This document shows, piece after piece, positions 17,156 to 25,946 of a DNA stretch of 36,081 nt. Origin of the DNA: Streptosporangiaceae bacterium (lineage in GTDB: Bacteria; Actinomycetota; Actinomycetes; Streptosporangiales; Streptosporangiaceae); assembly GCA_039928335.1 (NCBI GenBank), contig JBDSTJ010000633.1, forward strand, positions 1 through 36,081, read 5' to 3'. A model generated the notes under the pieces. The model did not search any database and had not been told where the DNA came from. It saw only the letters and a program-made list of their open reading frames with translations. The translations under genes were made by a program, and so were the position numbers. Positions within the stretch are counted from its first letter, which is position 1. Each line of letters begins with the position of its first letter.

Positions 17156-18280
17156 TCAGCCCAGACGACCGCCCTGATCACGGCCGCACAGCTCGATCAC
17201 CCGGTCGGGCTCCGCGGCGCGCGGCCCCGGAATCGAAAGGTTCGCTGGGGTGCGCAGGAGCCGGGCGGCCTCGTCGGGGTCGGTGGCGGTCAGATAGGGC
17301 GTGACCCGGTCAAGGGTCCTGCGGGTGTGCGGCCCGGCCTGAGCGAAGATCACGTCCAGCGGTACCCGTGCGTCGATCCTTCCGACGAACCACGTCGCAT
17401 GCAGTCTGCTCAACTGCAACGTGGGAGTGTCGGGGCTGAGATCGGCCCGTGCCAGGAGACCCGACACCAACGACACCGTCCGGGTGGCGCTGCCCGGGCG
17501 GAACACCGGGCTGCCGGGTTCGGCGTTCTTCGGCAGTTCCGCCAGGAGATGGTCCTCCCAGGACTCCAGGCACACCGCCGGCGGCCGGTAGGCCTCGCCC
17601 TGGACCACCACCTCCAGGTGCGCCCGGTCTCCTGACCGGAGTACGTCCCGCATCCGGACATCGACGATCGCCGGTGGCAGCAGGCCGCACCCGTACCCCA
17701 GGCACATCAGCATCTTGCAGCCCTGGCGCAGCAGTTCGGTGCGCTGGCCGCGCGCCCACCACCACAGGTCCCTCATCTGCTCGGGGCTGTAGGGCCGCCA
17801 CGGGCTGATCTCCCACAGCGTCTGCGCCGGGATCCGGTGGTCGCGTCCCTGCAGGACGGCCTCACGCAGCTTCGTCAACTGCCTGGTGTAACGGTCCCGG
17901 GTCCCCTTGGAGAGGTTCCCGCAGCCCACCGTGACGAACCGGTCGATCAGCTCCCGAGCCAGCAGGACCGGAGCCTGAGGCGGGTAGCCGTCGTTATGGG
18001 CGAACACGGCCAGCCGTGCGGTGACCAACAGCAGTTCCTGAGCCAGCTCGGGGCTGCCCGGGTCGGCCCGGGCGACGATCCGCCGGACCTCCTCCTCCAT
18101 CACCGCCCAGGCTTTGGACAGCTCGACCGGTCGGAACCGTTCGATCCGATCGATCACCTGGTCCCGCCGGCGGAAGACACCCGCGGCAGGACGCTTCGTC
18201 CCGGCCATCGCCGCCCCAGCACGCGGGCGGTACGGTCTGGAATCCGCCGACACGGGCGGAAATGCGGGTTCATCATGCAT
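17156..18280 (-). CDS. Tyrosine-recombinase-fold protein 2 (paralogue of 15546-16481), degenerate
   Basis: Shares IDRFVTVGC/IERFTAVGC, LREAVL, PY, LWWWARGQ/LWAWAAGQ, LGYGCGL, VFRP, RLHATW, AARLLR. Start 18208 or 18280. Confidence 0.72.
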   Translation of the reverse strand: MHDEPAFPPVSADSRPYRPRAGAAMAGTKRPAAGVFRRRDQVIDRIERFRPVELSKAWAVMEEEVRRIVARADPGSPELAQELLLVTARLAVFAHNDGYPPQAPVLLARELIDRFVTVGCGNLSKGTRDRYTRQLTKLREAVLQGRDHRIPAQTLWEISPWRPYSPEQMRDLWWWARGQRTELLRQGCKMLMCLGYGCGLLPPAIVDVRMRDVLRSGDRAHLEVVVQGEAYRPPAVCLESWEDHLLAELPKNAEPGSPVFRPGSATRTVSLVSGLLARADLSPDTPTLQLSRLHATWFVGRIDARVPLDVIFAQAGPHTRRTLDRVTPYLTATDPDEAARLLRTPANLSIPGPRAAEPDRVIELCGRDQGGRLG

Positions 18281-18553
18281 GAGAACTCCAAAAATGATCA
18301 TGTGTCGGCCGGGGCGTGCGCGAAAGACACGAACACGCCGGACCGACGACAGACCACAACCCGACGACACCGCGTCACCGCGCTGTATCGTCAGGTAAGG
18401 CCCTGTCGTTTCTTGGGTGCAGCGACGTCTTCGCCGCTGTGGGAACGTGTGGCGTCGCCTGCCGCCGGGCCCTTAACCCGGCGGTAGGCAACCTCCTGCC
18501 GTGAAGCAGGCGTGACACCCACGGGACCTGCCCGTGACCGGTCGTTCTTTCGA

Positions 18554-19369
18554 TCAGACGGCTTTCTCCGAGAACGCGGCCGTGGTGACGTACTGGAAAC
18601 GTCCCGAGGGACGCCTGGCCAGCAGACCGTCAGCGGCCATGTCCTTCAGCAGGTTCATCAGCGCTTCCCGGTCCAAGATCCCCAACTGGTCGGCGATCTC
18701 GGTCGGCCGCCACCGCCGCGCCGAATGCTCGTGCAGGAACGCCAGAACCTGAGGCCGGTCGATCAGGGTGGTCTGGCGAGAGGGATCCCGGACGGCCCCG
18801 AACAGCGGGTAGGTCACGTTCGCCGCCGGATCCTCTCCTCCGGTCGCTGTCTGCGACGACGCGGGCGACTGCTCGGAGTCGGCAAGCCGGTACATGGAGG
18901 CGGCCGTCTTGACCAGCCGCCCCGTCTTGGTCATGTACTTCATCAATGACCGGACGCTCTCGAGGCTGGCGTCCTCGCCCATCTCCCGCGCCACATCCTT
19001 CGGGTGCCGGGCCCTCGACCGGTCCGTCGCCATGATCCTGACGATCAGATCGCACCGCGTCGGTGCAGCACCGGGCCTGCCCTGTTTCCGTGGCGGCGCC
19101 TCTTCGGCGTCACCCGGCCCCGGAGCGGTGCCATCCGTCCCCGTGACGGCCTCGGTGGCCATGGCGTCGGCGAGAAGGACCTTCAACGTCTCCTCGGCCT
19201 GCTCCATCAGAGCCAGCCTGCCGCGCACCTGGTACAGAACGACCTCCAGGTGCGTCACCTGGACACGCAAGGGAGCCATGTCCCCCTGCAGAAACCCCAG
19301 CGAATCCGCATATGACCAACTTGCCGATCTCGTTGTCGAGTGCTCTTCGTCGCCCACGAGCCGAGACAT
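18554..19369 (-). CDS. Hypothetical protein, coiled coil plus two winged-helix-like segments
   Basis: Heptad segment LRVQVTHLEVVLYQVRGRL; HPKDVAREMG..SVRSLMKYMTKTGRLVK..YRL and WRPTEIADQLG..LLKDMAADGLLAR..GRFQY. Start uncertain. Confidence 0.6.
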   Translation of the reverse strand: MSRLVGDEEHSTTRSASWSYADSLGFLQGDMAPLRVQVTHLEVVLYQVRGRLALMEQAEETLKVLLADAMATEAVTGTDGTAPGPGDAEEAPPRKQGRPGAAPTRCDLIVRIMATDRSRARHPKDVAREMGEDASLESVRSLMKYMTKTGRLVKTAASMYRLADSEQSPASSQTATGGEDPAANVTYPLFGAVRDPSRQTTLIDRPQVLAFLHEHSARRWRPTEIADQLGILDREALMNLLKDMAADGLLARRPSGRFQYVTTAAFSEKAV

Positions 19370-19617
19370 TACCCCGAGTAGTCGACCGAGCACTCGATTT
19401 CGGATGTGGCAGGGGGAGCGTGTCTCGGGAGACCGCGCGAGACCAACGCCGCGTAGGCCTACCTGAACTGTCATGGCCGCCCTACCCGGCAGGCAACACT
19501 CCTCGTGCCAGACCGCGATTCATCATTCCGGGAGGGTTCGGCGAACGCGACGTCGGGCGCGGTCGCGGTGAGGGCCGCGTCGGACGGAGGTCCCGCGGGG
19601 CCGCTGCTCCTCGATGC

Positions 19618-20100
19618 TCAGGTCTTCGTGCCAACAGGTGTCGGCCCGGGCACCCCGGGGGCGGGCGTGAGGGCGGGGGCGAGGCGTTCGATGCGGGAGG
19701 AGGGTTCCCAGAAGGCCTTCTCGAACGCGGCGTCGGTGTCGGCACGGACGGGGTCGGGCACCGACCAGCGCAGGACGGCGTGGATACCGAGTTCCTCATA
19801 AGCGGTGTCGCAGACCGCCGCGATCAGATCGTCGGTGCGCAACACGTCCTGGACGTGCGCGGTGTGTCCGGCGTGCAGGGGTAGCCCGTGCCTGTGTGCG
19901 GTGCTGACCGTCCGCGGATGGACGCGGGGTGCGGGGTCGGTGCCGGCGGAGAGAGCGGGCACGGTGTCGCGCTGATTCCACAGGGCCGCGGCGAGCTGGG
20001 AGCGGCGGAGTTGTGTGTGCAGACGAACACCACCCGGGACGCCGCCCGGGTGAGGACCGCGACGGCAGGGTTCAGCCCGGCGAGGGCGTGGGCGGGTTGG
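19618..20100 (-). pseudogene. arsC: ArsC/LMW-PTP arsenate reductase-like, frameshifted in the CX5R loop
   Basis: VVFVCTHNSA, 1-nt loss near 20002, then SQLAAALW..SAGTDPAPRVHP..VCD..WSVPDPV. No clear start. Confidence 0.8.
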
Positions 20101-20198
20101 GTGAGCGGCAGCTTCAGTATCTGCTGCAGGCGCTGGCGGACTGATCGGCGTGACGGGCCGGTCTGGGCGGTGCTCGGGTGGGTGAGACGATCGCCGGG

Positions 20199-20486
20199 TC
20201 AGGTCGCGGGTGTGCGGTGCCAGGGCGAGGTGGGGGCGGTGCCTTTCGGGTGGGCGGTGGTCCGTAGCGCCTAGGTGGGTGGCTGGTTGCGGATGGCGCC
20301 GAGGTAGGTGTGGCCGGTGAGGTGGCACCAGGCGGGCAGGTCGATCGGGGCGGCGGGGTCGGTCGCGATCAGCTGGATGAGGGTGTCGGCGGGCAGGTCG
20401 GTGATCCGGGCGCGTAGGTCCAGGAGGAGCGTGACGCAGGCCCGGTCCGCGCCGTCGATCAGGACGGGGGTGTCCGGGCTGGTCAT
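20199..20486 (-). pseudogene. tusA: TusA-family sulfur carrier, probable premature TAG at 20271-20273
   Basis: IDGADRACVTLL..ATDPAAPIDLPAWCHLTGHTYLG; the frame continues past TAG as ALRTTAHPKGTAPTSPWH to TGA 20199. Confidence 0.7.
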
Positions 20487-21139
20487 GCGGTGGTGACGGG
20501 GAGTCCGTCGTCGGCCCATTCGGTGAGGCCGCCGTCCAGGATCCGTGCGGTGCGGCCGTGTGCGGTGAGGATCCGGGTGGCTCGGGCGGACATGACGCAG
20601 AACCGGCCCCGGCAGTAGGCCACCGCCTCGACGTGGTCGGGGAGTTCGGCCAGCCGTGCCTCCAGTTCGCCGACCGGGATGCCGAGGGCTCCGGTGATGT
20701 GCCCGGCGGCGTACTCCTGGGCGGGCCGCACATCGAGGACGACGGCTTCTCCGGTGCCCAGGCGGTGGGCCAGTTCCTGGCGGGACACTGGTTCGGCGGT
20801 GTCGCCCAAAAGTCGTCCGGCGGCGTCCCTGGCGTCGGGGAGCAGGTCGTGGGCGAGGCGTTTGACCTGTTCGAGGAGGATCACCACGCGGGGGTCGGTG
20901 ATCCGGTACAGGACCCGGGTGCCGGACCGGCGGGAGGTGACCAGCCCGGCCGCGGCCAGGGTCTTCAGTTGCGCGGAGGTGTTGCTCAACCGCATTCCCG
21001 CGACGGCGGCCAGGTCCTCGACGCCGCGTTCGCCCTGGGCCAGCAGGTCCACCAGTTCGAGGCGGGACGGCGCAGCCAGGGCCTTGGTGACCCGGGTGAA
21101 CTCCGTCAGCAGCGCGGTCTTGCCCGTTGTCGGCTCCAC
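20483..21139 (-). CDS. ArsR/SmtB regulator fused to rhodanese domain
   Basis: KALAAPSRLELVDLLAQGERGVEDLA..GLV..YRI; LDVRPAQEYAAGHITGA; AYCRGRFCVMS; LDGGLTEW. Confidence 0.93.
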   Translation of the reverse strand: MEPTTGKTALLTEFTRVTKALAAPSRLELVDLLAQGERGVEDLAAVAGMRLSNTSAQLKTLAAAGLVTSRRSGTRVLYRITDPRVVILLEQVKRLAHDLLPDARDAAGRLLGDTAEPVSRQELAHRLGTGEAVVLDVRPAQEYAAGHITGALGIPVGELEARLAELPDHVEAVAYCRGRFCVMSARATRILTAHGRTARILDGGLTEWADDGLPVTTA

Positions 21140-21147
21140 ACCAGTCC

Positions 21148-21163
21148 TCCAATACTCTTTGGA
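21148..21163. promoter_or_regulatory. Putative operator of the ArsR-rhodanese regulator
   Basis: TCCAA-TACTCT-TTGGA just upstream of its start codon in an 81-bp divergent spacer. Confidence 0.55.
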
Positions 21164-21220
21164 ACAGTGTAGGAGAATGTCGTGCCGGTCGGTCCGGCCG
21201 AGCGGGAGGCTGTGGGGCGC

Positions 21221-21841
21221 ATGGGTGAGACCGGGCGGAACACCGAGCACTGGCAGCGGATCTACAGCGACCGGGGCCCGGACGGGGTGTCGTGGTTCCA
21301 GGCCGATCCGGCCCTGTCGGTGGACCTGGTCGTTCAGGCCGCGGCCGGGGACCGGGACGCACCCGTGATCGACGTCGGTGGCGGCGCGTCGCTGCTGGGC
21401 TCCCGAATGGCCGCCGACGGCCACGCCGACGTGACCGTGCTGGACCTGTCCGCCCGGGCGTTGGAGGCCTCCCGCCGCCAGGACGTGACCGGGACGGTGA
21501 TCCACCTGGAGCATGACCTGCTCACCTGGCGGCCGCAGCGCCGCTACCGGGTGTGGCATGACCGTGCGGTGTTCCATTTCCTCACCGAAACCGCAGACCG
21601 GGACGCCTACCGGAGAGTCCTGCGGAGCGCCCTGGTCCCCGGCGGGCACCTGATCCTGGCGACGTTCGCCCAAGACGGCCCCACCCACTGCTCCGGGCTG
21701 CCCGTCGCCCGCTACAGCCCCGAGACCCTGGCGGCCGAGCTCGGTGACGGATTCGTCCTCACCGCCTCCCGCGACGAGCAGCACCTCACCCCCACCGGGG
21801 CGGCACAGCACTTCACCTGGATCACCGCGACCCTGACCTGA
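21221..21841 (+). CDS. Class I SAM-dependent methyltransferase
   Basis: HWQRIY..VSWFQ, VIDVGGGAS, VLDLS, WHDRAVFHFL, FAQDGPTHCSGLPV. Confidence 0.9.
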   Translation: MGETGRNTEHWQRIYSDRGPDGVSWFQADPALSVDLVVQAAAGDRDAPVIDVGGGASLLGSRMAADGHADVTVLDLSARALEASRRQDVTGTVIHLEHDLLTWRPQRRYRVWHDRAVFHFLTETADRDAYRRVLRSALVPGGHLILATFAQDGPTHCSGLPVARYSPETLAAELGDGFVLTASRDEQHLTPTGAAQHFTWITATLT

Positions 21842-21954
21842 CGCTCTCCCCCTCGGGCGGCTTTCCGAGGCGACCACTTGTTCCATCCCCGCCCAGGAGG
21901 AAACCGCCCGCACGGCGCACGCCGGGTCGCGGGCCGGTCTGGTGCGGGGCCGGG

Positions 21955-23031
21955 TCAGCGGTGGGAGGCCAGGGGGGCGTGGTGGTCGGTGCCGTCGCGG
22001 GGGTGGGGATCGGCGTGGACGAGCGCGGCGGTCAGGCGCGGAATGGCATGGATGAGGGCGTGTTCGGCGTTCACGGTCACCTGGTGGGCACGGATCAGGG
22101 TGGTGTCGGGGTCGACGACGATGTCGCATTCGGCGCGGAGCCGGTGGCCGATCCACCGCATCCGGACCTGTCCGACGTCCAGGACTCCGGGGGTGGCCTT
22201 CAGGGTGGTCTCGGCCTGGTCGATGAGGGCGGGGTCGACGGCGTCCATCAGCCGCCGGTACACCTCCCGGGCGGCCTGGCGCAGGACCGCGAGGATCGCG
22301 ACGGTGATGAGCAGGCCCACGATCGGGTCGGCCCGGTCCCAGCCGAGCGCGACCCCGCCCGCGCCGGCCAGGACGGCCAGGGAGGTGAATCCGTCGGTGC
22401 GGGCGTGCAGGCCGTCGGCGACCAGCGCCGCCGACCCGATCTTCCTTCCCACCCGGATGCGGTAGCGGGCGACCAGTTCGTTCCCGGCGAACCCGGTCAG
22501 GGCGGCGACGGCCACGGCCCACAGGTGGGTGACCGGTTGCGGGTGGGCGAGCCGGTCGATGGCCGCCCAGGCCGCCGCGACCGACGACAGGGCGATGGTG
22601 ACGACGATGACGATTCCGGCGAGGTCCTCGGCCCGCCCGTACCCGTAGGTGTAACGGCGGGTCGGCGGACGCCGGCCGAGCAGGAACGCGATCCCCAGCG
22701 GAACCGCGGTGAGGGCGTCCGCGGCGTTGTGCAGGGTATCGCCGAGCAGCGCCACCGACCCCGACAACGCCACCACCACGCCCTGCACGACCGTCGTGGC
22801 ACCCAGCACCCCCAAGGAGATCCACAACACCTGCATCCCCTCCGCCGAGGACTCCATCGCCGAGTCGACCTTGTCGGCGGCCTCATGCGAATGCGGTGCG
22901 ACCACATGGCCGATCCGGCCCAGGAACCCCGCCCGGCGGCCACCAGCACCACCGTCATGCCCGTGCCCGTGCCCAGGACCGTGGTCGTGCTCGTGCTCGT
23001 GGGTGTCGGGGTGCTGGTGCTGATCGCTCAT
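21955..23031 (-). CDS. Cation diffusion facilitator with His-rich N-terminus
   Basis: HQHPDTHEHEHDHG; SVALLGDTLHNAAD; YGYGRAEDLAG; ADGLHARTDG; VHADP. Confidence 0.93.
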   Translation of the reverse strand: MSDQHQHPDTHEHEHDHGPGHGHGHDGGAGGRRAGFLGRIGHVVAPHSHEAADKVDSAMESSAEGMQVLWISLGVLGATTVVQGVVVALSGSVALLGDTLHNAADALTAVPLGIAFLLGRRPPTRRYTYGYGRAEDLAGIVIVVTIALSSVAAAWAAIDRLAHPQPVTHLWAVAVAALTGFAGNELVARYRIRVGRKIGSAALVADGLHARTDGFTSLAVLAGAGGVALGWDRADPIVGLLITVAILAVLRQAAREVYRRLMDAVDPALIDQAETTLKATPGVLDVGQVRMRWIGHRLRAECDIVVDPDTTLIRAHQVTVNAEHALIHAIPRLTAALVHADPHPRDGTDHHAPLASHR

Positions 23032-23357
23032 GGTTCGACGATCGCAGGAAAAGGCTCCTGCAGCACCTCGACAACAGCGCAGGTCACGCTCTTGCGACCT
23101 GTTCGCCTCGAGGGGATGGATGGCGGTAGAGCTGTCCGGCACGGCTCGCTCTACGCCGCTGACGTCGCGGGCGAACTGGCAGGACCGGGTGGAGGCGTGG
23201 GCGCATTGCCCGGGTGACGGCCAGGTGGTGTGGGCGGGGGTGCGGCGCCGCCGGGACGCGGTCCACGGTTCGGGGAAGTGCCGGACCCGAACATGGCGGG
23301 CGCGGACGAAGACCGGGACCCGCCTTGTACCGGCCGAGGGGCCGCAGGAAGCGTTTG

Positions 23358-23424
23358 ACCGTGACGCGGATCCGTCACATCGTGCCGGGCAAATCGGACA
23401 CTCGTGACGGCTGAGCGTCACGGT
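23358..23424. repeat. Inverted pair of GTGACG-N6-CGTCAC palindromes
   Basis: Sites at 23361-23378 and 23404-23421; 21-bp arms match 18/21 as an inverted repeat. Confidence 0.7.
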
Positions 23425-23489
23425 GGGACGGTCGCGGGGCAGGGCTGCGGGGCCCGCAGCGAGATCGACCGCTTGACTGCCCAGCTGTA

Positions 23490-23520
23490 TTAGTGAACAC
23501 TAACCGTTAGTGGATACTAA
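23490..23520. promoter_or_regulatory. Tandem palindromic operator overlapping ArsR start
   Basis: TTAGTG-AA-CACTAA-CCG-TTAGTG-GA-TACTAA; TTGACT at 23473-23478 upstream. Confidence 0.7.
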
Positions 23521-23833
23521 CCAAGCAGGGGACGGCTGGAGTGCGCTGGCGGACGGCACGCGGCGTGCCATCGTGAGCTGCCTCGCTGAGGGACCGCAGG
23601 CGGTGGGACAGCTCGCCGCGCAGCTGCCGGTTACCAGATCCGCGGTCTCCCAGCACCTGAAGATCCTCAAGAACGCCGGTCTTGTCAGTGAGCATGCGGC
23701 CGGCACGCGACGGATCTACCGGCTCAACCCAACGGCGGTGGCCGCGTTGCGCGATCAGCTCGACGCTTTCTGGCAGCGGGCTCTGGTCAGCTACGTAGAG
23801 GTTGCCGAACAAGCGACGGAGGAGAGTTCATGA
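23510..23833 (+). CDS. ArsR-family regulator
   Basis: ALADGTRRAIV..GPQAVGQLA..VSQHLKILKNAGLV..GTRRIYRL. Confidence 0.92.
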   Translation: MDTNQAGDGWSALADGTRRAIVSCLAEGPQAVGQLAAQLPVTRSAVSQHLKILKNAGLVSEHAAGTRRIYRLNPTAVAALRDQLDAFWQRALVSYVEVAEQATEESS

Positions 23834-24312
23834 CCCGAACCGAGACCACCGTGGTCCGCAAGCAGGTCCTGGTCAACGCGGCGATCATGCAGGCCTTTAC
23901 CGCGTTCACTGAGCGATTCGGCGACTTCAAGCCACCGGAACACAACCTGCTCGACGCGCCGATCGCCGAGACGGTGTTCGAGCCGCGCGTCGGCGGACAC
24001 ATCTACGACCGCGCGACCGACGGCAGCGTGTGCCGGTGGGCACGCATCCTGGCCTACGAACCGCCGCACCGCGTGGTGTTCAGCTGGGACATCGGCCCGC
24101 AATGGCAGGTCGAGACCGATCCGGAGCTGACCAGCGAGGTCGAGGTCCGGTTCGTCGCGGAGGGCACCGACCGCACTCGGGTCGAGCTTGAGCACCGGCA
24201 CCTCGACCGTCACGGTGCGGGTTGGCAGTCGGTCGGCGAGGGAGTCGACGGCGACCAGGGCTGGCCGCTGTACCTGGCTCGTTACGCCGCTCTGTTCGCG
24301 CGGGAGGGCTGA
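23830..24312 (+). CDS. SRPBCC/AHSA1-like protein
   Basis: FEPRVGGHIY, YEPPHRVVFSW, SEVEVRF, TRVELEHR, GWPLYL; ATGA-coupled to ArsR. Confidence 0.88.
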   Translation: MTRTETTVVRKQVLVNAAIMQAFTAFTERFGDFKPPEHNLLDAPIAETVFEPRVGGHIYDRATDGSVCRWARILAYEPPHRVVFSWDIGPQWQVETDPELTSEVEVRFVAEGTDRTRVELEHRHLDRHGAGWQSVGEGVDGDQGWPLYLARYAALFAREG

Positions 24313-24313
24313 C

Positions 24314-24769
24314 ATGGCGCCGGTCATCGTGACGGTGGAGGTGGACCGGCCCGCCGCCGAGGTCTTCGCCTACGCCACCGACCCGACGCGGTTTCCGGAA
24401 TGGCAAGCGGGCGTCATCGACGGTCACCTTGACGATTCCGGCACGCCGCGGGTGGGTGCCAGGTGCGTGACCATCCGACGCATCGGCGGGGCCGAGCGGC
24501 CGGTGACCTCGGAACTGACTCACATCGACCCGCCCAGGACGTGGGGGGTGCGCGGTATCGACGGACCCATCCGCGCCACCGTCGACCTCACGGTGGTACC
24601 GCTGACAGCGACCAGGTCCCGGCTGACCATCGCGGTCGACTTCGAGGGGCATGGCGTCGGCAAGGTGCTGGTCCCGCTGCTCGTGCGCCGTCAAGCGCAC
24701 AAGGAGATGCCGGCCAACGTCGCGAACCTGAAACGACATCTGGAATCCCGGCATTCGCAATCCTCGTAG
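24314..24769 (+). CDS. SRPBCC (polyketide cyclase-like) protein
   Basis: VEVDRPAAEVFAYATDPTRFPEWQ...ANLKRHLE. Confidence 0.88.
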   Translation: MAPVIVTVEVDRPAAEVFAYATDPTRFPEWQAGVIDGHLDDSGTPRVGARCVTIRRIGGAERPVTSELTHIDPPRTWGVRGIDGPIRATVDLTVVPLTATRSRLTIAVDFEGHGVGKVLVPLLVRRQAHKEMPANVANLKRHLESRHSQSS

Positions 24770-24799
24770 CGAGCGTGGCCGTCGCCGTCTGGTGAATGT

Positions 24800-25264
24800 T
24801 CAGCACTCGATCGAGCGGATGCGGTCCATGACCGTGCACGCGACCGAGATGAACGCGGTGATGTCCTCGGCTGGGATCTCATCGAACAGCCAGGTGTAGC
24901 CCACCCGGTATTCCTCGCTCAGGGCGGTCATCGTCTCCGCGCCCTTGGCGGTCAACGCCACCAGCGTGGCGCGCCGGTCCGTGGGGTGCTTGCCCCGCGC
25001 CGCGAAGCCGTCTTCCTCCAGGGCGTCCACCAGGCCGGTGATGTTGCGTGGGGTCACACCGATCACGTCGGCCAGTTCGCGCTGGGTGACCGGGCCGAGC
25101 TGGTGGAGCGCCCACAGCACCGACGTCCTGGCCCGGGACAGGCCGCGTTCGGCCATACCGCGTTCCATGAACTCCGACGTCATCACCGCCAGTTCGAACA
25201 ATCGTTCAAGCGCGCCGGACCCGGCCTGGGGTTGGACACCAGGTGTATTGTGTATGTACTTCAC
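24800..25264 (-). CDS. MarR-family regulator
   Basis: TQRELADVIGVTPRNITGLVDALEEDG..HPTDRRATLVALT; GGAGG upstream of GTG 25264; imperfect palindrome ATTGTGTA-N5-TTCACTAT (25247-25267) over the start. Confidence 0.9.
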   Translation of the reverse strand: MKYIHNTPGVQPQAGSGALERLFELAVMTSEFMERGMAERGLSRARTSVLWALHQLGPVTQRELADVIGVTPRNITGLVDALEEDGFAARGKHPTDRRATLVALTAKGAETMTALSEEYRVGYTWLFDEIPAEDITAFISVACTVMDRIRSIEC

Positions 25265-25316
25265 TATGTTGTATCCTCCCGATAATGAGGGTAGCCCGAG
25301 AACCGGGAGGGACGCC

Positions 25317-25946
25317 ATGAGTCACCGCCACCCCCTTTTCGCCCGTTTCTACGCCCGCACGAGCCTGCTCATGGAAAGCGGCGTCGGAGCACACCGCCGC
25401 ACTCTGCTTGAGGGACTGTCCGGCCGGGTGATCGAGATCGGCGCGGGCAACGGCCTGAACTTCCCGCACTACCCGCAGACGGTCACCGAGGTCATCGCCG
25501 TCGAGCCCGAGCCGCACCTGCGGACCATCGCCGAGACCTACGCCGAGCGCACCACCGTCCCGATCAACATCGTGAATGGTCTCGCTGATCGCCTCCCGGC
25601 CGAGGACGCCTCCTGCGACGCGGCGATCGCGTCGCTGGTGCTGTGCACGGTGCCCGATCAGGACGCCGCACTGGCCGAGATCCGGCGCGTCCTCAAACCC
25701 GGCGGCCAGCTGCGTTTCTTCGAACACGTCCAGGCCGCCACGGCCGGCAGGCACCGGATCCAGAAGGCCCTGGACGCCACCGTCTGGCCGGTGTTCGGTG
25801 GCGGCTGCCACTGCTCCCGCGACACCCGGTCGGCGATCGAACGCGCCGGGTTCTGTCTCGACCGCATCGACCAGCTCACCAGCGCCGACACCAAGCTGCC
25901 CTTCCCCGCCGCGCCGCAGATCCTCGGCACCGCCACACGCCCCTGA
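25317..25946 (+). CDS. Class I SAM-dependent methyltransferase (type 11-like)
   Basis: VIEIGAGNGLNFPHY, VEPEP, LVLCTVPD, RVLKPGG..FEHV; GGAGG RBS. Confidence 0.92.
   Translation: MSHRHPLFARFYARTSLLMESGVGAHRRTLLEGLSGRVIEIGAGNGLNFPHYPQTVTEVIAVEPEPHLRTIAETYAERTTVPINIVNGLADRLPAEDASCDAAIASLVLCTVPDQDAALAEIRRVLKPGGQLRFFEHVQAATAGRHRIQKALDATVWPVFGGGCHCSRDTRSAIERAGFCLDRIDQLTSADTKLPFPAAPQILGTATRP

Noticed and set aside
20271-20273. Pyrrolysine or programmed readthrough at the tusA TAG
   Set aside because: No supporting machinery in the window; the neighbouring arsC is also broken, so a nonsense mutation is simpler.
21140-22825. 780-aa ArsR-rhodanese fusion in the ORF track
   Set aside because: The upstream part is off-frame CDF sequence and antisense to the methyltransferase; the real gene starts at 21139.
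23361-23421. CRP/GlxR sites
   Set aside because: Spacing between GTGA and TCAC is 10 bp rather than 6.
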